The notes beneath the pieces are model-generated. The model was given only the letters and a program-made list of their open reading frames with translations. It was not told where the DNA came from and searched no databases. A DNA stretch of 64,000 nt from the human T2T-CHM13v2.0 reference genome, Homo sapiens, in assembly GCF_009914755.1 (NCBI RefSeq), contig NC_060947.1; one strand, written 5' to 3'. Position numbers and translations under genes: made by a program. This document shows, piece after piece, positions 16,479 to 30,728 of this stretch (positions are counted from its first letter, which is position 1; each line of letters begins with the position of its first letter).

Positions 16479-17784
16479 GAGTAACTGTTCTTGGAACCTG
16501 TTTTCTCATCTATAAAATGGGGATTATAAAATATAGCTCACAAGATTCTGTAAAGATTTTGTACACACACACAGAAACACACAGAAACACACACATGTGC
16601 ACACACCATCTAATGCTTATGAGGTACTGAATAAATACTAGCTATTATCAATAAGTACTTACCCAATATGTGGAAGTATGACTAATAATATTTTAAAATA
16701 TTAACCTTTTACTCTGGTTACTCTTTCACTTTCCCCAACATATTGACAACTAGTCATTTCCTTAGGGAAGGGTTAACATAGCAGAATATAAATTATGAAG
16801 ATATAGACTCTCATGGTTTCCGAGTTTGAAAAGTCTAAGCCTGGTAAAAGACAAAAGATTTCAAAGAGAAAAAAAAAGATGGCTGAAAGGTTTTCCTCCT
16901 TCCTGCACTACAAAGGATTCTTCGGGTTGTGGGAAGGAAAATGAGGGGATATTGCAGAGGAAGCAAGAAAATTCAATACCAATGTGTGTCCCTGGAGGGA
17001 AGGAAGGTAGAGAGAAGTGAAGAAACCGAGAGAGATCTGAGAGAACCTGAAAGCAGAGCTGACTTGGACCTCATTTCTGAGGAGAATCTCTGAGGGAAAC
17101 CGGGTGGCGAGTTTCCCCTACTCCTTCGTCTGTCACTCTTCCTGACCCCATGGAAACTCACTGACACAACACACAATCACTGCGAATCACTCTCCCCATT
17201 AAATGGATAGGAGTGTATGTCAGAAGAAAAGAATATGCACAGCGTCTAGTCAGATGGGTCTTACCAAAGTTCCTGCCCACCCTACTACGGCATAAGGTAC
17301 AGTACGATGATTTTTGATATTACAAAATGGGGGCATCAAAGTAGTGGAGAGATATCCAGATCTGAAAGTCACTGCACATGGGAATGAAAGATGGCCCAGG
17401 AAGAAGCCACTGCCTGCTTGGACCAACAGCCAAGGATATGAGGGAGAGACTGGCATCTCCATGGATGCCAGCCCAGATGACAACTAAAGAACAAATGTTC
17501 TGCCACAAATGTTCTGCCACACTGTGGTCACCACACCCATCAATGCATGCTTTGCAACTATATAAGCCCTGAATTGATTTAAAAATGTATTTCTTCTATT
17601 CAATGGAATTACATTCATTTATTAAAAGGTAACATTATGGACTGAAAATCTCAGCACAATTGTTATCATTTACAATTATTTCACATTATTTTTATAAATG
17701 TGAGGGGGATATATGAACTTAAGTTTTTATTGAAACTTGTCATGCATCTTGCTTTGTGTGTCCCATGCTTGTTAAAAAACTTAC

Positions 17785-17902
17785 TTCGATCCGTAATGAT
17801 TGTTCTAGCCTCTTGATTGCTGGTCTTGTTTTTCAAATTTTGGGCAGCGGTAATGAGTTCTTCCAACTGGGGACGCCTCTGTTCCAAATCCTGCATTGTT
17901 GC
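17785..17902 (-). CDS. DMD: Dystrophin exon 52 (118 bp; rod-domain spectrin-like repeat)
   Basis: Translation ATMQDLEQRRPQLEELITAAQNLKNKTSNQEARTIITDR. Acceptor ttcttacag|GCA and donor GAA|gtaagt. Joins exon 51 in phase 0. Length 118 bp matches exon 52. Confidence 0.98.
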
Positions 17903-18409
17903 CTGTAAGAACAAATATCCCTTAGTATCAGGGTTCTTCAGCGTTGTGTATTCCTTTTACATAATACAAAGTAAAGTACAATTGTGAGACCAGCCAAAAC
18001 ACTTTTAGAAATAAAAAAGATGTTACTGTATAAGGGTTTATAGAAAACAATTTAACAGGAAATATGTTTCATTCTTAGATATCAAAAATATTTCAAATGA
18101 AAATCTTGACTATAGATTTTCTTCATTTAAAGGCTCAAATGGAGACATTCCGGAGTACCTCGGATTACTTAAACCACTGTCTGAATGCCTTGAGTAAGAA
18201 ATGTTATTCTGAATTACGACAATGTATTTAAAAGATAGATAACTATTTATACTTATAATATCATTCTGTGTGACGTCAAAATTAAGGTATATTTATTTTA
18301 AAAACAGAAAAAGCACAGAACCGATTTAAGAGATATTACTTATTTAACTTCATTGTACCCCTGAGATTTCTCACCTGTCAAATGAAAAGGTGAAGTAGAC
18401 GAGCTAAAT

Positions 18410-18563
18410 CAGCTTTTCTCCTAAGCTGCCTGTCCGTAAGAATCACCAAACCTTTTTGCCTCCCTCCAGAACTAATGAATATGTAGTGGAAAGGGCTGCA
18501 AATCTTGCATTTTAAATAAATTATCTAATTAACTTTTATGATTTAGGCAAGTTTGGAGAGCAT
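18410..18563. mobile_element. MER5-like hAT-Charlie MITE fragment
   Basis: agaatcacc, tgcattttaaataa, aagtttggagagcatc motifs. Highly diverged. Confidence 0.45.
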
Positions 18564-21500
18564 CAGATTACAGGTTAGTATTCCTATTCCCCTGTATTAT
18601 AAATGACTTTAATATAGCACTATTTTAAATAAAAATACAAATATAATAAAGTTAACAATTTTTAATTTATAGGTAGTAATGTAAATCATTAAGATATTCT
18701 TCCCTTTCTTCAGTGTCTATTTTCTCTGTCATCTTAGTCTCTCTAGATTTAAGGACCAAAATCTCAGAGGTATTTATGAAGAAATTTATGAAAAAAAGGC
18801 ATCTGACTAGCTCTGGTTCTAAAACTCAGTAAATTTTATTTTAATTGGGGAAAATACAAGTAATATTTACTGTTAGTTTATAAGCAATATGTGACAGATG
18901 TTTTATCTATATTTTCTCATTTTTTTCTTATAATAACCACACTAGTAAACAAGCCAGCAAGTTTGTATAATTTTAAATATGATGTTCTACCACATGAGGC
19001 CAATGAAGATGAAGAGATGAAAGTGGTAGATAGTAATGTATCTGAAACTTATATGAAACTTAGTTATTTACTCTGTACTTTGACTCCTGCTGATTTTCTA
19101 ATGAATTTTGGTTTTGGAAAGGCCAAATTTTGATCATTCTGTAGTGTTTCTTCTGTGAAGAGGTAGGGAGACAGGCTTTGTGATTTAAACTCAATTGCTT
19201 TTGGTAATAGTAAAATAATGCAAAAAACTTTTCCAAACATTGTACATCTACTTTAGGCACTTTCTCCTCTCTGTATTGAAAAATTGGAGGGGCTAACTTT
19301 TAACAAATTTTCCACATTTGTAAGCTGTGATTGCTCAGAAAAAAAATCCAATTTTCAGGTTTCTAACTTTTATGGTTTCTTTACACAACAGAGTGTTTGA
19401 AATATGGAACAAATTGCCAAAGACAGCTATTGAAGTAAGTGGCATAAGTCAGCTGGAGAGTACTGAACAAATTTTAAAGTAGGAACCATATAGTAGCAGA
19501 TAGATTTTATGAAATAAGATGTTTTCCAGTGTTAGAATGTGAAACTCTGGTCATCTGTGACATGGGAAGCTGAAAGGTTGCTTTGGAATTGCCTACCCTA
19601 AAATGTTTGAATATGTTCAATAGAATTTTTAAAACGGACTTACCCAGAAACCTCAGATGAAGTCAAATTTTCACCTCAAAGTTAACAGAGAACTTTAAAT
19701 ACACAGGGCTGGCAAAATACATAAATTCATTTACTCATCCATTCATTTTAATAAATATTTTTCAGCACTAGGCACTATTCTAGGGACTATGCATGTGGCA
19801 GTGGACAAATATATTCGGTATAGTGTGTAACTCACATGAAAAATCGTGCTTTTCGATACTTGGAAATTTTTATATAACAAAGATTATCTTTATTGGGTTG
19901 TTCTTCTTTTAATTCACTCTCACATAACCAGATTTTTTTTGCTTCTCAGTTTTAGATACATTATTCACTGTTTGCTATACTTTTTTCCTTCTTTTAAGAT
20001 TTCAAAGTTCATTTAAGAAGTATGTTGTAAAAGTAAGTTGATCAACTTTAATCTGAACCTTACCAGGCTCTAAATTAAACCTGACCACAATGAACAGCTT
20101 TTATTGCTGAAATTAGCAAGCATGTCAACTTAGACTCAAAACAAGCCATTTTCCTCTCTAATGAACAAAATAGGTCTCAGGGTATTGTGAAACCTGTTCT
20201 CTAGTTGGGTGATTCTCTAATTCTGCTGACAGACACATGCTTTGTAAGCACCTGAGAAGATTATTAATGAGATCCTTTGAAGCAGCCTCCTTAAAAATCT
20301 AAGGAGGTTCACAACTGCAGTACAACTGCATTTCTAAAATATTTCAAAACAAAATTTCAACTTTTTATCCCACTCTATGGTCAACACATACAAACATTCA
20401 TTTCAACAAAGAAGCTGTAAAATGATAATGTATATTGCTATGGGATTTATCATACACTAATAGGCTCTTTACTTAGTGGTCTTTTAGTATAGCAGAATGG
20501 GAATTTTCTCCTTTGATTCCCTTTCTAGAAATAAAGAGAGGGATTTAATATGGCATACGCTTCAGTATTTTTTCATTAAGATATTATAAAAACAGTGGTT
20601 AAAAGAATTTCTTGCTAATAAGAACACAAGCATATGGTGAGAGTAACGATTATTTTTCATTTGGTTTCCTTTTAAGGGTATTCTATTTATTTGCTACTAT
20701 ACTTTCTTTGACTTCAACTTAGTTTTATAATTCCAGAACTTCTCAAATAAACTGACCTTCACCTCTATTCCTTCGAGCCACCCACAGATGAGAAAACACC
20801 TTAGATCTAATCATTACTCAAACTACTTGCCTCCAAAATATCCATCTATAAAATTCTGTTCTCTGCCCCCAATCTGCTACCCCTACCAGATGTTACTCTC
20901 CCAAACATGCTGTTCCTAGTATTATCTTCATCCTCATATGACCTCTGGTCCTTTTCTGTTTCCTCAACCTAGCTTTAGTCATAACAAACAAGTAGAATGC
21001 TAATTGTGCTTATTTATTTCTCTGATATGATCCCAGATATTTGTGACACAAATAACTTAAAGCGAACAAAACTAAAATCATTACATGCTTACCAGTACCT
21101 AAGCATGATAATGGATCGTGTCTACATGGATTCTATCATTCTAGAGGAAACAAAACACAGGAGAAGGAAGGAATCAATGCTATTTCTAAGGAGTCATAAG
21201 TCAGCTACTGGGCTTTACTAAAAACTGCTTACCCCTTGGAGATGAGAATTCATCATGGATTCCACTAGCTGAGCAAAGATGGAGGAAAAAAAATTCTTCA
21301 AATACAAAGTGAATCAGAAGTCTTTAATCTCACTAAGTCCCCCCAGAGTTGAGTGAAGTGGTTATAAATAGCAACCCTATGAAATAGGAAGTTAAACAGT
21401 GAAATCATACATATTATAACTAGGGCATTTTAGGCTTTTAGACAAAATTACAATTTTTTATTGTATTCATTAAAATAGAATTCCACCTAAATAATACTCA

Positions 21501-22194
21501 AATAAAAACTCTATATGTTGAGTTGAATGCTTAGTATTTACATGTCTAAGAAAAGACTTTGAAAATCAAACTGGTCATATTTTTATATTTTTCTATAAAA
21601 ATCAACAATCTACATAGCATAAATGCCCATGATGATTTTTCAAATGTTCCCATTTTCAGTAAATGAATATGAATTAAGCTGAAATGTAACAATGTAGAAC
21701 TGATGCTATTTTATTTACAACTTCAAAAAATTAATATAAAGAATTCAGAAGGTAAAAGAGTTTACGGAACCATTTTATGTATTGAAGAAAATAAGCATAG
21801 AAGTCAGGAAGGTACTAAATTGTAGCCTTTCTAGTTACCGAAAGGGTTTTACTGGTGAGGATGCTGTAATCTATCTAGCTTTCAACCATCTCACTGAGCA
21901 TCTTCTTCTGGCTTCTATTCTTGCATTCGGCTGCCTCTCCAAATAGAGTGGCCAAATCGAAAACCATCCTCATTGTCTTCCACTTACTTCCTCACTTCTC
22001 ATTTCCATTTTATACTGGCTTGGATATTGATATTTTCCTACTTGGTCAACCTTCCCTACTTCTTTTTTGAATGTTCTACTAGCACCTCCATCGGTAACTT
22101 CTTAAGAATCTTCATAACCAACTTCATAAATATCTTCCAACTGCAGTTAGCCTTTTTTGTTCTTTATTCACTGAATAAATACTTTATAAGATGC

Positions 22195-22770
22195 ATTTTA
22201 TTTTTATATAATTTCAAGCTTGCAGAATATTTGCAAGATAAAGAACTCCCAGGTAACCCTTGCCCGGATTCACCATTTGTTAACATTTTGCCACATTATT
22301 TTTAATTATTTATCATTTTATCATTCTCTCTGTGTGTATAGATATATAACTGTATATGTAATGTTTTATATATATATTTTTTTTTTCTGAATCATTTGAG
22401 AATAATTTGCAGATATCATGCCCCTTTACCCTTAAATACTTTAGGTTTTATTTCTTAATAGCAAAGACATTCTCTTAAATAACCTCAGCTCAGTTTCAAA
22501 GTCAGGAAATTTAGCGTGGCTTTAGTACCATAATCTTATCCATACTCTATATTCAGAGTATGACAATTACCCCATTAATGAACTTTATAGCTATATTTTT
22601 ATTTCCTGGTCTGGTCCAGACTCACGCATTGCTTTTAGTTGTCGTATCTCCTTAGTCTTTTTTAAGTTGAAATAGTTATTTGCCTTTCTTTGAACTTTAT
22701 AACACTTACAGTTTTGACCAACAGAGGCCAGGTATTTTGTAGAATATCCCCCAAATTTGAGTTATAGCAA
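22195..22770 (-). mobile_element. Ancient L1M (L1MC-like) 3' UTR
   Basis: attcaccatttgttaacattttgccacatt and gaatcatttgagaataatttgcagatatcatgcccctttaccc. Confidence 0.65.
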
Positions 22771-23049
22771 TTTTTTAAGGGCTTCTGTTGTGTCACTCAT
22801 TGAGCTAGGTGCAGGGGCTGTAGCAGTGAAGGAGAAAATAATTCCTGTTCTCAAAGAGAAAACAAACGAGTAGTGATGACAGGCAATAAAAAAGCAATTG
22901 CAATAACCTGAGGTATTATGGTAGGGGAAACATGGAGAGTTATCAGAGCATATGGCAAAGATATCACATGAAATATAAAGGCCAAAGACTGTCTTCTGAA
23001 GGAATCAAGCTTAAGTAGTCCTCAGCTTTTCTTTATTTAAATTATACAA

Positions 23050-23532
23050 AACAGTTTAAAACACCACTGCTCCTCATACCCAAGTGGCCACCATGAGAAT
23101 ATGCAGGCCTTCTATTATTGGGTCTTAACTGACTGAGGACTCCTGTTACTGCATTTTGAAATCCATGATTGCACTGCACCAAAGCCAAGCTTCTCACAGA
23201 CTTCTCCTCACCCAATGATTGGGTGTGGTGGGAATACTAAGGCAGAGAGCCTTCCTTGGGAGACATGGGACTTCTTTGCCTGGCTCTGCCTCAATGACTT
23301 CCCAACAGCTTTGCCAAAATTTCCTTCCACTAGACCGCACACTGGGATGCTTCTGCCTAGCCTTCTCTCCCTCTCTCTTCCTTGCAGAGTCAGAATTGCA
23401 TCTTGATCTAACATCTCTTGCACCTTCCTTGGCTTCCTCCTTCTTTTCTTTCACATAGATATTTCCACTAATAAAATATTGTCCCATTTTATCCTGTCTG
23501 GGTACATATAACCTCAGGCCCTGACTAATACA
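23050..23532 (+). mobile_element. ERVL LTR16-like LTR
   Basis: aataaa followed by atcctgtct...cctgactaataca terminus. The short ORFs at 23194-23487 lie in it. Confidence 0.5.
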
Positions 23533-24042
23533 CTCACTTTTGTCCTCCTAGACCCTAAACCTCTCATCAGCTCTTCAGTTCCATGTAACGTGATGGTTCC
23601 ATGACACTACTACCTGAATGTGTAACTGTCAATTATTGAATATTAATTAGTAACATAGGTTTCTTCATGCCTCCCATGGGCTGGCCTCTTAAGATGCAAT
23701 TCAAGTAAATATGTATTTTTACATACTACCTCTATTTAGAAATCACTAAGGTAGGGTGCATGACCATTATTTCCAAGGAGCGCAGAATTTAACTGGAGGA
23801 AAATAAGAGTATTCAGATGTGTTACATGGTAATGGTGGAGTTCCATTCAACACATGCAGCTCAAGAACTGTAGGAAACTAAAGCAAGCCACCAGGAATCC
23901 TTAACAGATAACAACCACTAGGTTTGCTGCAAGAGATGGCAAAAGGAACTTTGGGGCAAGTTTTCAGATGACGGAAGACAGAAAGTTAAGATTATTCCAC
24001 CTCTCTGAGTGAGAAGTGCCCTAGGTAGACAGAGACCTCAAC

Positions 24043-24222
24043 CAGGACCAGCTTCTTGAACGTATAACTTGTGCAGTTAGTTACACAAGGATCTGCATTA
24101 GAAGGGATTCATACTTGGTTTCATGCTCTACTGTTGCCATCTTGAAATTCTTAATTTTTTTTTAACCAAGGGCCCTGCGTTTTCATTTTTCACTGGGCTC
24201 TACAGATTACGTACCTGATTGT
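24043..24222. mobile_element. MER91A-like hAT-Tip100 MITE
   Basis: caggaccagcttc...gccatcttgaaattcttaa...ttttcatttttcactgggc. Confidence 0.65.
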
Positions 24223-24879
24223 GACCTCAACCCTAAGGTTAGTGGAGAATAAAAGTTATGTATCTTGGCTGAAGCACTGGTTAATCGTTGATGGGAAGAA
24301 CACATTTAAACACAAATTAAATGACGTCAATCAAATGCCTCTTGCTTAATTCCTGAGAATGCGTTTCAAATTTCTGGAAGGAGCAGTTATGAAGCTAAAA
24401 AATGTATTTTGGGGGAAATCTGGCCTCAGGAAAAGCTGAACAGGACAGTTAGAAGTGGTTCCAAGGTGGGACTGTCATCACTATCAATGGTTATTGGAGA
24501 ACAAAAGTCACTATAGGAAAAATGAAGTAGGGAAACGACAAAGAAAGTGGTGAATCATCTGAGGAAGAAATTGGAGATAAAAAGGAGAACCTGTGGCTTC
24601 AGCAACAATGATGGCTGCTGAAATCTCAAATGACATTTCTAGGTTTAGCTAAGTGTTAGCTGTTTCCAAGGCTAGGATAGACTTGGGAAATACATAAGAA
24701 ACAACTAATAATTTGTTTTAGAAACATTTACTAAACTGCAACTATTTGCCAAGCACTCAGCTAGTACACATAGACAAATAAAACTTGTCTTCTTTTTTCA
24801 AGGAACTTATAATCTAGCAAACAAATACTCATAAACAATTATTTTTTGTGTAATAATACAATGGGAAGTAATGCTAACG

Positions 24880-25370
24880 ACAACAACAATAGTTGTTTAT
24901 TGAGTGCATACCATATGCCAAAAGAGTCTATCACAGCATACTAGTTAAAAGAATGAACTCTGGAGTCAGGCTTTCCCAATTTGCATACTGGCTGCCACCT
25001 ATTCGGTTTACTATTTTCAGTATGTTACTTAAATGCTGTCTGTATCATTTCCAGCACTGTGAAATGGAGATACTGAGACTCTACCTCTCAGATTCATTAT
25101 GAGAATTAATAGAGTTAATATTTGTAAGGTGTTTAGAACATTTCCCATTTCATAGTAAGAACAATAAAAGTTTTAAATAAAAACTATCAGTCAATGTAAT
25201 TATCATATTACTCTGTGAGGTGGGTACTAATATTGCCCCTATTTTACTAGTAAAGAAAATGAATGAAAAAGAAGTTAAACAATTTGTCTAGGATCACATG
25301 GTAATAAGTGGCAGAACTTCTAACATAGGTAAGTTGGCCCCAAAGCCCACACACTTAAGAACTATAATAT
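24880..25370. mobile_element. Nested or adjacent MIR fragments
   Basis: actctggagtcag, gtgaaatggagata (plus) and cccctattttac...ggatcacatggtaataagtggcaga (minus). Confidence 0.55.
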
Positions 25371-26414
25371 AGCATGATATACTTACAAGGTACTCATGTC
25401 ATAGTATAATATAAGGTAGCTATATGATAGTATGATATAATATAGGAATGGATAAAGGGACAGGGATATGAAACGAGAATACAAAAGGGGAAATTAACTA
25501 TTTCATTCAAGGACAGATTATATTCTGAATCAGTCATGGTTCTTGCAATAAATAGTTCATTCAAAGTGGGATGAGGAGGCTTTCCTCCTCAAGGCCTGAA
25601 AGGCTAAGGGGAGGGTATAGTTAGTAGAATCTGAGAAGTGGCTGCAGGGACAAGACCTCTTGACAGGAGCTGGGGCTGTGAGTAAAGGAACCTAGCCATC
25701 CCTCGACTCACTCTCCTCTCATCCATTGATCTGCTGATGCCTCCCAACACAAGGACCAAGCCAATAGACAAGCAAGCCCAATGCTACTGCCATATTGGTC
25801 AACCTCCTAGGGTAGAACAACAGGTTAGAGATTGGATCTGCGAAAGTATCCAGCAACAGTATAAAAAAAATAATAATAATGGCAACAACTATTGAAACAA
25901 ATCAGTGAAGGAAATGACCACATATGGGAATTCTCAGCAAAGACTTCATATCAAGTATGGCACTACAGCTGAACTTTGGCAGATTTGGCTAGAGAATGAG
26001 AAGAGCATTATAAGGGAAAGACAGACATGAACAAAGGCATGAACGTAAAATAAAGCCTCAAATGGGCTGGTTAGAGCCTGGAATTCTTTACAAATAATGG
26101 CAAATAAGTTTAGGTAGACATAGTAGAAGCAGTATATAGTTGGCTTTTTAAAAATCAGTTTGAGGTTTTGAATTTTATCACAAGGACAACTGGGAAGCAG
26201 CGAACTTGCAGAAAAAAACTGAGGCTATAGGAGCAAAGCTTTCAGTAATCCTGTGCCTCCATAGATTTTGTTCTTTCTGGTTGGGATAAATTTCTCAATT
26301 CTTGGTCCATTCCTAGAAATACAGTTAACAGATACCCATACGTAAAAAGTGTTGATTGACCAAATCACTGACTACAATGAAGGGAAACAGTGGTACAAGA
26401 AACAAGTAATTAGA

Positions 26415-27406
26415 GACTTGTGGCAGATCAAGAATACATACAAATGGCAAACAAGCATATGAAAAGGTGCTCAACATCACTGAATCATTGATAACCAGAG
26501 AAATGAAAATCAAAATTACAATGACATATTACCTCACTCCCGTTAAAATGGCTTATATCCAAAAGACAGGCAATAACCAATGTTGACAAGTATGTGAAGA
26601 AAAAGGAACCCTTGTATACTGTTGGTGGAAATGTAAATTAGCACAACCACTATGGAGAACCGTTTGGAGGTTCCTCAAAAAACTAAAAATAGAGCTACCA
26701 TATAATATAGCATTCCCGCTGCTGGGTATATACCCAAAAGAAAATAAATCAGTATATTGAAGAGATATCTGCACTCCCATGTTTATTGCAGCGCTATTCA
26801 CAATAGCCAAGATTTGGAAGCAACCTAAGTGTCCATCAGTAGATGAATGGACAAAGAACATGTGGTACCTATGCACAATGGAATACTACTCAGCCACAAA
26901 AAAGAATGAGATTCTGTCATCTGCAACAACATTGTTGGAAATGGAGGTCAGTATGCTAGGTGAAATAAATCAGACACAGAAAGACAAACATTGCATGTTC
27001 TCACTTATTTGTGGGATTTAAAATTCAAAACAATTGAACTCATGGACATAGAGAGTAGAAGGATGGTTACCTGAGGATGGGAAGGGTCGTGGGGAGGTGG
27101 GGGTGGTGTAGGTATAGTTACTGGGTACAAAAAATTAGTTAGAAAGAATGAGTAAGACCTACTATTTGATAGCACAACAGGGGGACTATAACCAATAATG
27201 ATTTAATTGTACATTTTACATTAATTAAAAGAGTATAATTGGATTGTTTGGAACATAAAGAATAAATGCTTGAGGGGTTGAATACCCCATTTTACATGAT
27301 GTGCTTACTACACATTGCATGCCTGTATCAAAACATCTCAAGTACCAAATAAATATATACACCTGCTAGGTACTCACAAAACTTAAAAATATAAAAATAA
27401 AACAAA
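26415..27406 (+). mobile_element. 5'-truncated L1 (L1MA1-3-like), ORF2 C-terminus and 3' UTR
   Basis: [27 protein letters not shown] is the ORF2p C-terminus. Perfect 18-bp TSD aagaaacaagtaattaga (26397-26414 / 27407-27424). Confidence 0.9.
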
Positions 27407-27672
27407 AAGAAACAAGTAATTAGAATCAGAAATGTGTGGAAATTGCTAGAACACATGTTCCTTTTCTAAGCAGTATTTATCAGTATTATAAAAATCACTG
27501 ATCATTTGGCTAGCTTTAAAAATAAAAAATATGATAGCTGTTTAAGAAATCATTATTAGCTATTCAAACTTAAAAAACAATAAGACAGTCAGTGAAATTT
27601 ATTTCTCTATTTCTTTGTAGTAATGTTTCAATTTGTTGATATTTTGGGGAGTTAAAAAAACTCTTAAGCCTA

Positions 27673-28009
27673 GCACTGCATGTTCTCACTCGTAAGTGGG
27701 AATTGAACAATGAGAACACATGGACACAGGGAGGGGAACATCACACACCGGGGCCTGTCAAGGGGTGAGGGGCAAGGGGACAGAGAGCATTAGGACAAAT
27801 ACCTAATGCATTGGGGGCTTAAAACCTGGATGTTGGGTTGATGAGTATAGCAAACCACCATGATACATGTATACCTAGGTAACAAACCTGCACGTTCTGC
27901 ACATGTATCCCAGAACTTAAAGTAAAATTAAAAAACTAAAAAATAAATAAATAAATATAAAATAAATAAAATAAAAAAAGAGCATAGTAATCTCAAAAAA
28001 AAAAAAAAA
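27673..28009 (+). mobile_element. Very short L1PA 3' UTR insertion with double A-tail
   Basis: gaacaatgagaacacatggacacagggagggg...gtaacaaacctgcacgttctgcacatgtatcccagaacttaaag. TSD ctcttaagccta (27661-27672 / 28011-28022). Confidence 0.9.
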
Positions 28010-30728
28010 CCTCTTAAGCCTACCAAATTTGGTGACTTCTTTGAAATGGTAATAATATTAATCTACTATTAGTGTGTTATTTTTAAAATAAATTATCTCC
28101 CTGTGTTGAAAAAAAGATTAAGATGGTCCTTTCCAAGCTATTATACCACACGGAACTTAAAGGATTGATTTACTTGTCATTTACTAAAACCCTTAACATC
28201 CAAAAATGAAAATGCCTTTCACTTTCACAAGCCAGTAAGTAAATAATGTGGTGTAAATTGCGGATCTTGAAATACAATTTCAAAGTCAAGAAAAAAAAAG
28301 AATTTTATGCTACAATTTGTTGATAATGATTTGCAAACGCATTTCTAAAGTGATATAAAGGGCGTTGATAATTTTAGCTATTCAACGTTAGATCTTTTAG
28401 TTATTCTACATTGTTCACATTTCTTGAAACTCTATTGTTCTATAAATTTGGCATATTAACAAAGGATAATCAAGACAGGTTTAAGACCAGTTTTTATCAT
28501 GTGCATCAGATTCGCAGGCTTTTGATATTATGGCCCAGTAACATAAGTGATATAATTTTTTCTCCTACACACATTTTAGAAGAAAGAGAGACATGAAACA
28601 ATATATAGGACTGCCTTGGAATATTGTGTGTTTGGTTCCAGACTGCTGCAATAAAGTAAATATCACAATAAAATGAGGCACACGAATATTTTTGGTTCCC
28701 CAGTGCATTAAATGTTATGTTTACACTCTACTATCATCTGTCAAGTGTGCAATAGCATTGTATCTAAAAAATGTACATACCTTAATTTGAAAATACATTA
28801 CTCCTAAAAAAAATGGTAACAATCATCTGAGCCTGCAGGGAGTCATAATCTTTTTGCTGGTACAGGCTCTTGCCTCAGTGAGGATGGCTGCTGATTGATC
28901 AGGGTGGCGGTTGCTGAAGGTCGGGATGGCTGTAGCAATTTCTTAAAATAAGACAACAACGAAGTTTGCTGCATCGATTGGCTCTCCTTTATAGCCAATG
29001 ATTTCTTTGTAGCATGTGATGCTGTTTGATAGCATTTTACTCAGTAGAACTTCTTTCAAAATTTGAGTCAATCTTCTCAAACCCTGATGCTAATTTATCA
29101 ACTAAGTTTATGGAATATTCTAAATCCTTTGTTGTCATTTCAACAATGTTCACAGCATCATCACCAAGAGTAGAGTGCATCTCATGAAACCACAATCTTT
29201 GCTCATCCATAAGCAGCAACTCTGGATCCGCTGAAGTTTTACCTTGAGATTACAGCTATTCAGTCACACCTTCTGACTCCACTTCTCATTCTGGTTCTCA
29301 TGCTATTTCTACCACATCTGCAGTGACTTCTTCTACTGAAGTCTTGGACCCTCAAAGTCATTGATGAGTGTTGGAATTAACTACTTCCAAACTCCTGATA
29401 ATGTTGATATTTTGACCTCCTCCCCTCAATCATGAATTTTCTTCATGGCATCTGGAATGGTGAGGACTTTCCGTTTTCAGTTTACTTTATCCAGATCCAT
29501 CAGTGGACTCACCACAATATAGCAGCTATACCTTTATGAAATGTATGATTTAAGTAATAAGACTTGAAAGTTGAAGTGACTTCTTGATCCAAGGACTGCA
29601 GAATGGATGTTGTGTTAGCAGGTATGAAAATAAAATCATTCTCTTTGGACATATTCCTCAGGGCTCTTGGGTGACCAGGGACATTGTCAAAGAGCAGTAA
29701 TATTTTGAAAGACACATTTTTTTGAGAAGTAGGTCTCAACAGAGGGCTCAAAATGTTCATCAAACCATGCTGTAAAGAGATGTGCAGTCATCTAGTCTTT
29801 GTTGTTTGATTTACAGAGCATAGGCAGACTAGATCTAGCATAACCTGAAGGGCCCTAGGATTTTTGGAATGGTAAACGAGCACTGGCTTCAACTGAAAGT
29901 CACCAGTTGCATTAGCCCCTCACAAGACAGTCAGCCTGTCCTTTGAACTTTTGAAGCCAGGCATTGACTTCTCTCTAGCTATGAAAGTCCTAGATGGCAT
30001 CCTTTTCCAATAGAAGGCTGTTTCGTCTATATTGAAAATGTGTTGTTTAGTATTGCCACCTTTATTAACTTAGATGTTAGTTTGATCTTCTGGATAGTTT
30101 GCTGCAGCTTCTCCATCAGCACTTGTTGCTCTGCCTTGCACTTTTATGTTATAGAGAGGGCTTATTCATTAAGGCTCATGAACATACTTCTGCTAGCTTC
30201 CAACTTTTCTGCTGCAGCTTCCTCACCTCTCTCGGCATTCACAGAATTGCAGAGAATTAGTCCTTTGCTTTAGATTAGCCTTTTGCTTAAGATAATGGTG
30301 TGGCTGTTTTGATCCTCTATCCAGACCACTAAGACATTCTCCATATTAAAAATAAGGCCGTTCCACTTTCTTATTCCTGTGTTCAACAGAGTAGCACTTT
30401 TAATTTTCTTCAAGAACGTTTCCTTTGCATTCACAACTTGGCCAACTGGCACAAGAGGTCTGGCTTTCAGCCTGTCTTGGCTTTTGACATGCCTTCCTCA
30501 CCAATCTTAATCATTTCTGACTTTTGATTTAAAGTGACAAACATGTGACTCTTTTTTTTCCCATGAACACTTAGAGGACATTGTAGGGTTACTGACTGGC
30601 ATAATTTCAATATTGTTGTGTCTCAGGGAATAGGGAGGCCCAAGGAGAGGAAGAGAGATGAGGGAATGGCTGATCAGTGGAGTAGCCAGAACACACAAAA
30701 CATTGATTGATTAAGTTTGCCATCTTAT

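Noticed and set aside
17491-17520. Tandem duplication acaaatgttctgcc x2 (similar short duplications near 719-766, 42601-42652, 48406-48441)
   Set aside because: Two-copy slippage duplications, common and with no spacer array structure.
16800-17560. Less AT-rich segment just downstream of exon 52 as a possible enhancer or pseudoexon
   Set aside because: No motif cluster or convincing splice-site pair could be supported from sequence alone. It may be an unrecognised ancient repeat.
17681-17914. 77-aa ORF as a standalone protein (likewise 62124-62339)
   Set aside because: Only the portion between splice sites is dystrophin exon. The rest is intron read-through.
29037-30452. TIGD1-like domesticated transposase gene
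   Set aside because: The ORF is fragmented by stops and frameshifts within an ordinary Tigger1 fossil.
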